The notes below the pieces were generated by a model that worked only from the letters and a program-made list of their open reading frames with translations, was not told where the DNA came from and did not search any database. Below, piece after piece: positions 37,535 through 46,691 of a stretch of DNA of 64,000 bases (within the stretch, counting starts at the first letter, position 1; every line of letters starts with the position of its first letter). The DNA is from an uncultured bacterium (GTDB taxonomy: Bacteria > Bipolaricaulota > Bipolaricaulia > RBG-16-55-9 > DRJF01): positions 2,239 to 66,238 of the forward strand of contig CAJXGD010000005.1 in NCBI GenBank assembly GCA_913053845.1, in the 5' to 3' direction. A program made the translations under genes and the position numbers.

Positions 37535-37569
37535 GGGCTCCGGATGGAGATACCGGAGCCTTCTGTTTT
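37535..37569 (+). terminator. Rho-independent terminator downstream of hup
   Basis: GGGCTCCGG-atggagata-CCGGAGCC stem-loop followed by TTCTGTTTT. Confidence 0.6.
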
Positions 37570-37582
37570 GCCTCAGGCAGGA

Positions 37583-39013
37583 TTATTTCAGCGCAGCCCG
37601 CAGGACTTCGGTCGCCAGCTTGGGGTTGGCCTGCCCCCCCGTCTTGGCCATCAGCTTGCCGATGAGGAACCCCAGCACCTTGGCGTTGCCGGAGCGGTAA
37701 CCGGCGGCCGCCTCCGGATTCTCGCGCAGCACCTCGGTGGCCAGGCTCATCAGCGTCGCTTCATCTGAGATCTGGGCCCAACCCTGCTCGGCTACGATCT
37801 GCTGCGGGGTGCGGTCGCTCTTAAACGCCTCGGCGATGACCTGCTTGGCTTTATTGCGATTGAGTTGGCCTTGGGAGACCATTTGCAGCACCTGGGCAAA
37901 ATCGTCAGGCGCGAGGGCCAGTCCCCGCTGCGGCTCCTCACCCAGCAGGCGCAAAAGCTCAGACATCATCCAGTTGCTGACCTCCTTGGGCTGGGGGAAA
38001 CACCTGACGACCTGCTCGAAGTAATCGGCCAGCTCACGCTCCTCGCTGAGCAGCCGGATGTCATAATCGGGCAAGCGGTATTCTCGCTGCCAGCGAGCTC
38101 GCCGCTGTGCCGGCAGTTCGGGCATGGCCTGGCGCAGGCGCTCTGTCCGATCGGCAGCGATCTCCAGCGGCAGCAGATCGGGCTCGGGGAGATAATGATA
38201 GTCCTCGGCTTCTTCCTTCTCGCGCTGCAGCTCCACCTGGCCGCTGGCAGGGTTCCAGCCCAAGGTCGCCTGAATGATCGGCTCGCCGACCGCCAACAGC
38301 CGTCGTTGGCGCCGGGCCTCGGCGCTCAGCGCGGCCTCGACGGCCTGAAAGGAGTTCATGTTCTTGATCTCCGTCTTGGTGCCCCGCTGGCCGTTTACAC
38401 TGAGTGAGATGTTGGCATCGCAGCGCAATTCGCCCTTTTCCATCTCGGCGTGCGACACGCCTAGATAGCGCAGCAGTTGGCGTAGCTCGCGCATGAACTG
38501 CGCCGCCGCTTCCGGCGAGCTCAAATCGGGCTCGGTGACGATCTCGATCAGCGGCACCCCGGCGCGATTGAGGTCCACCAGGCTGCGGCCCGAGCGCTCA
38601 TCGTGGACCAGCTTACCGGCGTCCTCTTCCAGGTGCACCCGCCGGATGCGGACCTCCTCTCCCCCTGAGGGCCGGAAATGGCCTCTCTGGGCCAAGGGCT
38701 GATCGTACTGGGAGATCTGGTAGCCCTTGGGCAGGTCAGGGTAGAAATAGTTCTTGCGATCGAACTTGCAGCGCCGGGGGATCTCACAGTCCAAGGCCAG
38801 TGCCGCCTGCAAAGCCAACTCCACCGCCCGCTCATTGAGTACCGGCAGCGCGCCGGGCATCCCCAGACAGACTGGGCAACTATGCGTATTGGGCGGAGCA
38901 CGAAAGTAGTCGCTGGAGCAGTTGCAGAAGAGCTTGGTCCGGGTGGCTAGTTGGGCGTGGATCTCCAGGCCGATGACCATGCGTATTTCGCTAATCGTCG
39001 TTCCTTTTGGCAT
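37583..39013 (-). CDS. gatB: Asp-tRNA(Asn)/Glu-tRNA(Gln) amidotransferase subunit B
   Basis: MVIGLEIHAQL…KLFCNCS…GMPGALPVLN. 476 aa. Confidence 0.95.
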   Translation of the reverse strand: MPKGTTISEIRMVIGLEIHAQLATRTKLFCNCSSDYFRAPPNTHSCPVCLGMPGALPVLNERAVELALQAALALDCEIPRRCKFDRKNYFYPDLPKGYQISQYDQPLAQRGHFRPSGGEEVRIRRVHLEEDAGKLVHDERSGRSLVDLNRAGVPLIEIVTEPDLSSPEAAAQFMRELRQLLRYLGVSHAEMEKGELRCDANISLSVNGQRGTKTEIKNMNSFQAVEAALSAEARRQRRLLAVGEPIIQATLGWNPASGQVELQREKEEAEDYHYLPEPDLLPLEIAADRTERLRQAMPELPAQRRARWQREYRLPDYDIRLLSEERELADYFEQVVRCFPQPKEVSNWMMSELLRLLGEEPQRGLALAPDDFAQVLQMVSQGQLNRNKAKQVIAEAFKSDRTPQQIVAEQGWAQISDEATLMSLATEVLRENPEAAAGYRSGNAKVLGFLIGKLMAKTGGQANPKLATEVLRAALK

Positions 39014-39043
39014 CGCAGTTGCGCCCTCTCACAGCTCTGCCAA

Positions 39044-39397
39044 CTAGTTTTTACAGTCGCACTCTCCACCGCAGTCGTGGTCCTCGGCCTGAGCCGGCCC
39101 GATGAGGAACCCCTCGCCCTGCTCCGGGTGGCTGACGAAGTCTATCTTGACCCCCTCGAGCAGCGGCAGGCTTGTCTGATCGATGAAGAGCTTGACGCCC
39201 TGTTCTTCCACCACGGTATCCTCCGCTTGGGCGCTGGGCTCAGGATAGAGACCATAAGCTGTGTCTCCGCTGCAGCCAGAGCCGCAGCCGCACTCGGACT
39301 GCTGGACTACCAGCCGCAGACCGTAGTCCGGTTTGCCTTCCGCTTGTAGGGCTTGCTTCATCTTGGCGGCCGCCTCGGCCGTAATCGTCAGTTGCAT
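39044..39397 (-). CDS. HesB/IscA-family iron-sulfur assembly protein, Cys-rich variant
   Basis: FIDQTSLPLLEGVKIDFV core. An internal CGCGSGCSG and a C-terminal DHDCGGECDCKN replace the canonical single C…CGC arrangement. Confidence 0.75.
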   Translation of the reverse strand: MQLTITAEAAAKMKQALQAEGKPDYGLRLVVQQSECGCGSGCSGDTAYGLYPEPSAQAEDTVVEEQGVKLFIDQTSLPLLEGVKIDFVSHPEQGEGFLIGPAQAEDHDCGGECDCKN

Positions 39398-39556
39398 GGT
39401 TGATCACGCTCCTCTGCGAGAATAGGCCTCCATGCACAGGGCCGGCAATTATTATACACGAAAATGACCTAGGCCACAGGCCGGCGATCTGACCAAGCTA
39501 ACTTGATCTCCTGGCCGAAATCGCTTAGTCTACCTGCTAGAGTGGGGAGGCCAAGC

Positions 39557-40666
39557 ATGGACGAGGCAAGTCGGGTACCCCTCGGTCCCCAGGTTGAGGG
39601 CGAGCCGATCAACGGGCAAGAGACGACGGATGAGCTGATCGCCAAGGCTTTTCAAGCCTTCGTGGGCCGCGAGCTGGCCAGCGGCTACCGGATCATCAGG
39701 CGCATGATCGCTGAAGACCATACCATCGTGCTGACGCTCTCCGGGGCGATGACCCCGGCCAACCTGGCGGCCACCTCGGTCATCCCCCTGATCCGGGCCG
39801 GCCTGGTAGACCTGATCAGCACCACCGGTGCCAATATCTATCATGACCTGCAGCGGCTGATCCAGGGAGAGTTTTACACCATTGACCCCAACTTCGGCGA
39901 TCGCCGGCTGCGCCAAGAGGGCTACACCCGCATCTATGACCTGGTCTTCCGCGAGGAGGATCTTTATCGGACCGACCGCTTCGTCTCCGAATTATTGCAA
40001 AAAGAACCCTTTCAGCAGCGGATGACCACCCCACAGTTTCACGATTTATTGGGGCGGTATGTCAGCCGGATCGAGCAGCAGCGCTTCGGGCGAGACCCGT
40101 ATAACTCCAAAAGCCTGGTCGTACAGGCCCATCTCCACCGGGTACCCATCTTCTGCGGCGCTCCGCAGGACGGCTCGATCTATCTCAACGTGGCGCTGCT
40201 GCAGCGTCGGCTGCGCGAGCGATTCCGCTTCGACCTCGACCTGGCTGGAGATATCCATGAGTTCGCCGCTTACCACTATCTGGCCAAGGCGCGCTGGTCC
40301 CAGCAGCTCAGCATCGTCATTCTGGGGGGCGGGGTGCCCAAGAACTATGCCTTGCAGCCTGAGCCCTATCTCTCCCAGATCTGCGGCCTGGAGGTGGGAG
40401 GCTACGACTGCGACGTGCAGATCTGCGATGCGCATGTCCAAGACGGGGGGCTGAGCTCTTGCACCGCCGGCGAGGCGCACACCTGGGGCAAGACCAGCGC
40501 CGAGTTTCAGGTCAACTCGCAGTACGTCTTCGCTGATGTGACCGCCGTCTTCCCCTGGATGGTCCACGGGTTGCTTCAGGCAGGGCTGAAGAAAAACCCG
40601 CGCCGCTTGCTGGAGCTGCGCGAGCAGGCCCTGCAAGCTCTGGACGGCGCCCTGGGACTGGAGTAG
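39557..40666 (+). CDS. Deoxyhypusine synthase-like (homospermidine synthase-like) protein
   Basis: ATG 39557 after a GGGGAGG RBS. …IVLTLSGAMTPANLAATSVIPLIRAGLVDLISTTGANIYHDL. DHS-family fold. Confidence 0.75.
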   Translation: MDEASRVPLGPQVEGEPINGQETTDELIAKAFQAFVGRELASGYRIIRRMIAEDHTIVLTLSGAMTPANLAATSVIPLIRAGLVDLISTTGANIYHDLQRLIQGEFYTIDPNFGDRRLRQEGYTRIYDLVFREEDLYRTDRFVSELLQKEPFQQRMTTPQFHDLLGRYVSRIEQQRFGRDPYNSKSLVVQAHLHRVPIFCGAPQDGSIYLNVALLQRRLRERFRFDLDLAGDIHEFAAYHYLAKARWSQQLSIVILGGGVPKNYALQPEPYLSQICGLEVGGYDCDVQICDAHVQDGGLSSCTAGEAHTWGKTSAEFQVNSQYVFADVTAVFPWMVHGLLQAGLKKNPRRLLELREQALQALDGALGLE

Positions 40667-40704
40667 GGGCACGGCGCGCCGTGCCCCTACATCAAGGAGG
40701 TCCT

Positions 40705-42246
40705 ATGCCAACGGTAGAAGTAGTCCCGCAGCAAGATCAGATCCGAGCGCGAATGATCACGGTCAAGAATCCGGCCAGCGGCGAGCAGGTGGCCCAGGTG
40801 CCGGTCAGCTCAGCCCTTGATGTCCAAGAAGCGGTGGCACGAGCTCGGCGGGCTGGGGCAGGCTGGCGTGAGCTCTCACCCAAAGAGCGCGCTGGCTATC
40901 TGCTGGCCGCGCGCGACTGGCTGGTCACGCATGATCAAGAAGTGGTGGAGATAATTTGCGCCGAGACGGGCAAGCCGCGCTCCGAAGCACTGCTGGCCGA
41001 GGTCTTCTATGGCTGTGATCTGCTGGGCTTCTACGCCAAGCGGGCGAGCAAATTCTTGCGCGACGAACCGCACTCGCCGGGGCTGCTCAAGACCAAGCGC
41101 GTCTACCTGCGCTATGCCCCGCTGGGTGTAGTGGGAATTATCTCGCCCTGGAACTATCCCTTCGCCCTCACCTTCGGCGAGGTGGTGCCGGCGCTCTTGG
41201 CCGGCAACGCGGTCATTTTGAAGCCCTCCGAAGTAACGCCGCTTTCCGGCTTATTGGTCGAACGGCTCTGGCGCGAGTGCGGCCTGCCCGACGGCCTGAT
41301 GCAGACGCTCGCTGGCTACGGTGAGACGGGGACGGCGCTGGTTGATCACTGTGATGCCATCGCCTTCACCGGCTCGGTGGCCACCGGCAAGAAGGTCGCC
41401 CAGCGGGCAGCGGCGCGGCTGATACCGGTCCTGCTGGAGCTGGGAGGCAAGGACCCCATGATCGTCCTGGCCGATGCTGATCTGGAGCGGGCGGCCAATG
41501 GGGCAGTCTGGGGGGCTTTTTCCAATGCCGGCCAGATCTGCATCTCGGTCGAGCGGGTCTATGTCGAGGCGTCGGCATATGAGCCCTTCGTGGCCAAGGT
41601 CGTAGAGAAGACCAAGCGGCTGCGCCAAGGCTACCACCCAGAATACGGTCAGATAGACGTGGGAGCGATGATCCGACCGGAGCAACTGGATATCGTTGAC
41701 TCCCAGGTGCAAGAGGCGCTGGCTCAGGGAGCTAAGGCGCTCACCGGTGGCCGGCGCAATGAGGCGCTGGCGGGGCTTTTCTATCAACCGACGGTGCTGG
41801 TCAACGTAGACCACTCGATGCGGATCATGCGCGAAGAGACCTTCGGGCCGGTCTTGCCGATCATGCGCGTGCGTGATGCCCAAGAGGCGCTGCGCCTGGC
41901 CAACGACTCCTCCTATGGGCTGAACGCCAGCGTCTGGACGCGCAACAAACGATTGGGTCAAAGGCTGGCGGCTCAGGTGGAGTCGGGCAGCGTCTGCGTC
42001 AACGACTGTCTGGCCAACTATTTGGCACTGGACGTTCCCTTTGGCGGGGTGAAGCAGAGCGGTCTGGGGCGCAGGCATGGGCTGTGGGGCATTCGCCAGT
42101 TCTGCCAGCCGCAGACCGTCCTGGTTGATCGAGCGGGCCTGAAGCGCGAGCCGATCTGGTTTCCCTATACGCCGCGCACGGCTAGGTTACTGCGCCGGAC
42201 GATGCGGCTGCTCTTCCGGCGGGGGATCAAAGGCAAACTGCGCTAG
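40705..42246 (+). CDS. NAD(P)-dependent aldehyde dehydrogenase
   Basis: ATG 40705 after an AAGGAGG RBS. ELGGKDP, FSNAGQIC and EETFGPV motifs. Confidence 0.85.
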   Translation: MPTVEVVPQQDQIRARMITVKNPASGEQVAQVPVSSALDVQEAVARARRAGAGWRELSPKERAGYLLAARDWLVTHDQEVVEIICAETGKPRSEALLAEVFYGCDLLGFYAKRASKFLRDEPHSPGLLKTKRVYLRYAPLGVVGIISPWNYPFALTFGEVVPALLAGNAVILKPSEVTPLSGLLVERLWRECGLPDGLMQTLAGYGETGTALVDHCDAIAFTGSVATGKKVAQRAAARLIPVLLELGGKDPMIVLADADLERAANGAVWGAFSNAGQICISVERVYVEASAYEPFVAKVVEKTKRLRQGYHPEYGQIDVGAMIRPEQLDIVDSQVQEALAQGAKALTGGRRNEALAGLFYQPTVLVNVDHSMRIMREETFGPVLPIMRVRDAQEALRLANDSSYGLNASVWTRNKRLGQRLAAQVESGSVCVNDCLANYLALDVPFGGVKQSGLGRRHGLWGIRQFCQPQTVLVDRAGLKREPIWFPYTPRTARLLRRTMRLLFRRGIKGKLR

Positions 42247-42268
42247 GCGCCAAACTTAGGGACGATGC

Positions 42269-43204
42269 GTGAGTGAGAATATGTTTAGCCCTGATATACT
42301 AATAGCAGAAAGATTCGATCCGAGTGAGCGCGTGGTGCTCCACCGGGGGAGTTGTCTGGAGCTATTGCGGGAGATACCAAGCAGGTCGATGCAATTAATC
42401 GTCACCTCGCCACCTTACAACATTGGCAAAGAGTACGAGCGAAAACTCAAAATAGAGACCTATCTTGAGCAACAGGCTCAAATAATCAGCGAGTGTGTGC
42501 GGGTGCTCTCCGATAGAGGGAGCATCTGCTGGCAGGTTGGCAACTATGTAAGCAATGGGACTATTATTCCGCTTGATACCGTCCTATATCCGATATTCGA
42601 CAGCTTGCACCTGGTGATGAGGAACAGGATTATCTGGCATTTTGAACATGGTCTTCATTGTTCTAAAAGGTTCTCCGGGCGCTATGAGACAATCAGTTGG
42701 TTCACTAGGAGAACTAAGGATTATGTTTTTAACCTCGATACTATTAGAGTACCACAGAAGTATCCGGCAAAGAAATACTTCAAAGGCCCAAAGGCAGGGC
42801 AGTATTCCTGCAATCCTCTGGGTAAGAATCCGGGTGATGTTTGGAACATACCGAACGTGAAAAACAATCACGTGGAAAAGACGGAACACCCCTGCCAATA
42901 CCCGGTAGAATTGATCGAACGACTGGTATTGGCAATGACCAATGAAGGTGATTGGGTCTTCGACCCGTTCCTGGGCACAGGGACCTCAATCATAGCTGCA
43001 ATGCTGCATAACCGGCGGGGTGCCGGTGCAGAAATAGAAGATAAATACGTTGATATAGCTAGAGATAGAATACGACGAGCCATTGACGGAACGTTAAGAA
43101 CCAGGCCTATGAATAGAGCCATATATGATCCCAAATTACCTGGTCAGGGACTGAAAGGCGATACCATTGCCGTGCCCCTGGTGATTGTCGGTATGGACAC
43201 CTAA
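42269..43204 (+). CDS. Beta-class DNA amino-methyltransferase (SPPY motif; N4-cytosine or N6-adenine), orphan, in a low-GC segment
   Basis: Motif IV LIVTSPPYNIGKEY precedes motif I DPFLGTGTS (beta-class order). The local GC is visibly lower than the flanks. No restriction endonuclease gene is adjacent. Confidence 0.8.
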   Translation: MSENMFSPDILIAERFDPSERVVLHRGSCLELLREIPSRSMQLIVTSPPYNIGKEYERKLKIETYLEQQAQIISECVRVLSDRGSICWQVGNYVSNGTIIPLDTVLYPIFDSLHLVMRNRIIWHFEHGLHCSKRFSGRYETISWFTRRTKDYVFNLDTIRVPQKYPAKKYFKGPKAGQYSCNPLGKNPGDVWNIPNVKNNHVEKTEHPCQYPVELIERLVLAMTNEGDWVFDPFLGTGTSIIAAMLHNRRGAGAEIEDKYVDIARDRIRRAIDGTLRTRPMNRAIYDPKLPGQGLKGDTIAVPLVIVGMDT

Positions 43205-43355
43205 TTCCGCTATACCGACAGTATGGAAGAACGGTCGCACGGAATTGCAGAGCAGCCCCAGCACACCGGGCCCAGCCGGGGCGAGTTGCCGTCCGGCCTC
43301 GCCCCAGACTCAGCCCAGAGGGTGGAGAGGGGATTCTTAGGGCTACGCGCCCCTA

Positions 43356-43790
43356 TCAGGGACCGGCCAGCGTGACCAGCGCCAAGCCTAGCACGCCAAA
43401 ATCGCGGGCTACAATATCGCTCAGACCATGACCAACCAGCAGCATCAGGATGATCTCCAACATGACCCCCACGCTGAGCAGCGCAGCAGTGCGAGGCGCA
43501 ATGCCCAAGATCAAGGCTGTGGCCAGCATCCAGAGCAGTCCCCCATGCAATAGCACCAAGAACAAGGCAGCGCTCGACCCTGACGCCAGCAGCGGCACAT
43601 AGCCGGTCCACATATGCGGTTGCAGGAGCTCAGCAACTCCGAACCACAAGAAGATCAATCCCAAGGTGATCCGAACCGCCGTTGGGGTCCACGCCTCCAG
43701 CCAAGTTAGCCAGGACGCGGGGATCAGCGCAGGTTGTCCTCTCACTGCTTGTCGGTCAATTGCGGCAACTGTGGCGATAGCTTTGCTCAT
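43356..43790 (-). CDS. Small integral membrane protein (DoxX-like)
   Basis: 144 aa with four predicted TM helices. Confidence 0.4.
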   Translation of the reverse strand: MSKAIATVAAIDRQAVRGQPALIPASWLTWLEAWTPTAVRITLGLIFLWFGVAELLQPHMWTGYVPLLASGSSAALFLVLLHGGLLWMLATALILGIAPRTAALLSVGVMLEIILMLLVGHGLSDIVARDFGVLGLALVTLAGP

Positions 43791-44374
43791 GAGCCCCTCC
43801 TGGGTGGCAAGAGAATGCGACCAGCGGCGTTGGTGATGACCAGCCCATCGTCGCCGAAGTTGTCCTCCCCAGTGTAGCCCGAATCATCCCCGAAGCGGGC
43901 CTCGATGAAGTAGACCTTGCCGCTGGCAGCGAAGCTGCGTTGGTACGGAGGCCGTGAGCTACCCATCACGGAAATACTCAGGGTGACTTGCTGCTTTTGG
44001 CGCTTGAAACTGATCGTGAAGCCGGCCAAGGCACGCCGGGTTCTGTCGTTAAGTGAGCCGGGGTAGAGCTGATAAGCCGCTCGCGCGTAGGGCGTGCTGG
44101 AGAGCAGCGGACCCAGGCGTACAGCCTGAGCGGATTGAGGCGCAGCAGGAGTGCTCTTCGCTTTGGGCTGAGGCCGGGTGCCGGGCTGCGAATCGCCCGG
44201 TGCGCTCGCCGCGCTGGCCTGTGGCTGCGGGTCGGTCAAGCTGCTCTGTAGGCTCAAAGAATGGTTATTCAAGCCCCATAACCCCAGCGACAGGGCGATC
44301 AAAGCCGAAGCCCCCAACGCCACCAGCCCCCGCAGGCCAATTGTTTCTTTATTGTGATGAGTTTTCTTCATCAT
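43787..44374 (-). CDS. Hypothetical membrane-anchored/secreted protein
   Basis: 195 aa with an N-terminal hydrophobic segment and a Pro/Gln/Ala-rich linker. Confidence 0.35.
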   Translation of the reverse strand: MMKKTHHNKETIGLRGLVALGASALIALSLGLWGLNNHSLSLQSSLTDPQPQASAASAPGDSQPGTRPQPKAKSTPAAPQSAQAVRLGPLLSSTPYARAAYQLYPGSLNDRTRRALAGFTISFKRQKQQVTLSISVMGSSRPPYQRSFAASGKVYFIEARFGDDSGYTGEDNFGDDGLVITNAAGRILLPPRRGS

Positions 44375-44452
44375 CGGATCACGATTCCTTTTGCTTACAT
44401 GGGGGATTATAGCCGGCCGAGATGAACGGAAGATGAATGACGGCCAGCGGAT

Positions 44453-45877
44453 TCAGTGTGACCGGGTCGCCGTCCGGTAAAGTGGCAAACGGACCGTGAA
44501 AATGGTCCCTTCGCCCGGTGTGCTCTCCACCTCAATCTGACCTTGATGCACCCGTACGATCTCACGGACGATCGCCAGCCCTAGGCCGGTGCCCCCGGTG
44601 CGCTGCTGGGAACGAGCCTGGTCGGCGCGGTAGAAACGCTCGAAGACATGTGACAGCTCTTCAGCCGGGATACCCAGCCCGGTGTCGGCCACGCTCAGCC
44701 GGGCTCGGTCGCCCTGGAGCTCCAGGCTCAGCCGCACCTGCCCCCCTGGCTGCGTATACTGGATCGCGTTGTCCAGCAGATTCGCGATCATGCGGCGCAA
44801 TAGCAGCGGATCGCCATAGACAACCGGTCTCTTGGCACAGGCGACCTCTAGCGTGATTTGCCGCTGCTCCGCCAAGGTTTTGATCTCGCCGGCGATCTCG
44901 GCGCAGAGCTGAGCCAGTTCGATCGGTTGAAAATCAGGCTGCCATTTGCCGGAGTCGGCGCGCGCCAAGAGCAGCAGCTCTTGAACCAAGCGAGAGAGCC
45001 GTTCGGCTTGCCCCAAGCTGGTCTCTAACACCTGACGGTACTCCTGGGCCGAGCGTCGCCGGCGCAGCGCCACCTCCAGTTGGCCACGCAGCACCGTCAG
45101 CGGGGTGCGCAGCTCGTGGGAGGCGTCGGAGACGAAGCGCTTCTGCTGCTCAAAAGCCCGCTGCAAACGCCCGAACATCCGATTGAACGTCCCGGCCAAT
45201 TGGCCGATCTCATCCTCTGGGTTGGCAACAGGCAGACGCTCGGAAAGACTGCGCTCACCGATGCTCTCCGCGGTCTGTGCCATGGTCTTGAGCGGTCGGA
45301 GCAGGCGGTCGGCCAGAAAGAAGCTTCCCAGACTGGAGAGCAACAGCAGAGTGGGCGCGATAATCAACAACCAAAAGCGGAGCCTTCCTAAGGTGCTCTC
45401 GACCCGTTTGAGGGAGATTCCCACCTGGACCAACAAGCCGGCTGAGGTGCCATCGCCGGTGTCCACCACTGTCAACAATCTTAGCGGTGGACCCTGGCCA
45501 ACCGAGACTGTCGCCAAGCTGCCGGCAGGACCGTCCTTCAGGGCTTGCGCACGGATTGTCGCGTTAAGCGGCAGGCGCTTTTTCCCCAGGTTGGCCGATC
45601 GTGCTAAGATGTTCCCTCCCAGGTCGCTAAGCTGAATCAAGAGATCCGCCGCGCTAAAGTCATTCTCTTCTTGAGGGAAATTCCATCGCCCTGCCTCGAA
45701 ATCAAGCCCGCTGTTGATCTCTGCGGCCTTGGAGAGCAAGGTCATGTCTACTCCCCGGTAGAGGCTGTCGGCCACGGTGGAGAAGAGGATAAGACTGAAG
45801 GCGGTGATGAGCAGAGCGGTTACCAGCAGATGCCAAGACATGATCCTGGCGCGAATCGATCTAAACATCAGGGACAT
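44453..45877 (-). CDS. Sensor histidine kinase (2 TM, HAMP, HisKA, HATPase_c)
   Basis: H-box SHELRTPL. N-box LLDNAIQYT. G boxes DTGLGI and GGTGLGLAIV. Confidence 0.85.
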   Translation of the reverse strand: MSLMFRSIRARIMSWHLLVTALLITAFSLILFSTVADSLYRGVDMTLLSKAAEINSGLDFEAGRWNFPQEENDFSAADLLIQLSDLGGNILARSANLGKKRLPLNATIRAQALKDGPAGSLATVSVGQGPPLRLLTVVDTGDGTSAGLLVQVGISLKRVESTLGRLRFWLLIIAPTLLLLSSLGSFFLADRLLRPLKTMAQTAESIGERSLSERLPVANPEDEIGQLAGTFNRMFGRLQRAFEQQKRFVSDASHELRTPLTVLRGQLEVALRRRRSAQEYRQVLETSLGQAERLSRLVQELLLLARADSGKWQPDFQPIELAQLCAEIAGEIKTLAEQRQITLEVACAKRPVVYGDPLLLRRMIANLLDNAIQYTQPGGQVRLSLELQGDRARLSVADTGLGIPAEELSHVFERFYRADQARSQQRTGGTGLGLAIVREIVRVHQGQIEVESTPGEGTIFTVRLPLYRTATRSH

Positions 45878-45878
45878 C
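45822..45878. repeat. 57-bp direct repeat, copy A (RR-stop/HK-start junction sequence, here at the gatD 3' end / HK start)
   Basis: accagcAgatgccaagacatgatcctggcgcgaatCgaTctaaacatcagggacatcc. It matches 48161-48217 at 54 of 57 positions. Confidence 0.8.
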
Positions 45879-46691
45879 CTTCATCGTATCACGACCGCCC
45901 CTCAATGGGCTTCCGTCTCTCTTCTTTATGAGGTGGGCTCCCAGGTACTTGGGGTGAGATTTAAGCGCCAGGCGCAACGCGGCATCATGCGCCTCTGTTT
46001 CCAAGCTGTCGTCCAGCGGGGCGAGCTCAGTGACACCATAGCGGCGATTTAGCGCCTTCTGGAGCAAGAAGTCCGCTAAGACAGGATTTTTCGGTAGCAG
46101 GGCCCCGTGGAGATAGGTGCCGATGGCATTACGATAGATGACACCTTCGGTGTGGTCACGGCCGTTGTTGCCACTACCCCGGCGTCGCACCCGACCAAGC
46201 GGTCGAGCACCCGGCTTGAGGTAGGTACAACCGTTGTGGTTTTCGAAGCCGACTAGCGTCCGGCGCGCGCCGAACAAGTCGGTCTCGACGATGATATTGC
46301 CGATGTAGCGTACGGGCTCCGCTATGGTCTCGACCGGCAAGATGTCGACACCAGGCAAACGGTCACCATCGTTCATCTGATAGTACTCGCCTAAGAGTTG
46401 ATAACCACCGCAGACGGCCAGGGTCGGCAGTCCATCCTCGATGGCCGCTCGTAGCGCAGGTCCCTTGGTTTTGATGAGGTCCTGAACCAGCATTCGTTGC
46501 TGTCTGTCCTGGCCTCCACCGAGGAAAATGATGTCCAAGAGGTCAGGATCGAACGGATCACCCCTGGAGAAAGTGCGCAGCTCCGTGATGATCCCCCGCC
46601 ATTCGGCACGGCGCTGCAAGGTGAGGACGTTGCCTCGGTCGCCGTAGATATCCATCCGGCTAGGAAAGAGCCAAGCGATGGTCAACTTCAC
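45861..46691 (-). CDS. gatD: Lipid II isoglutaminyl synthase, glutamine amidotransferase subunit
   Basis: CobB/CobQ-type GATase: IFLGGGQDRQQ…LAVCGGYQLLG…FENHNGCTY…YLHGALLPKN, closely resembling GatD. Its last residues KDVPDV and stop are encoded by repeat copy A. Confidence 0.8.
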   Translation of the reverse strand: MKLTIAWLFPSRMDIYGDRGNVLTLQRRAEWRGIITELRTFSRGDPFDPDLLDIIFLGGGQDRQQRMLVQDLIKTKGPALRAAIEDGLPTLAVCGGYQLLGEYYQMNDGDRLPGVDILPVETIAEPVRYIGNIIVETDLFGARRTLVGFENHNGCTYLKPGARPLGRVRRRGSGNNGRDHTEGVIYRNAIGTYLHGALLPKNPVLADFLLQKALNRRYGVTELAPLDDSLETEAHDAALRLALKSHPKYLGAHLIKKRDGSPLRGGRDTMKDVPDV

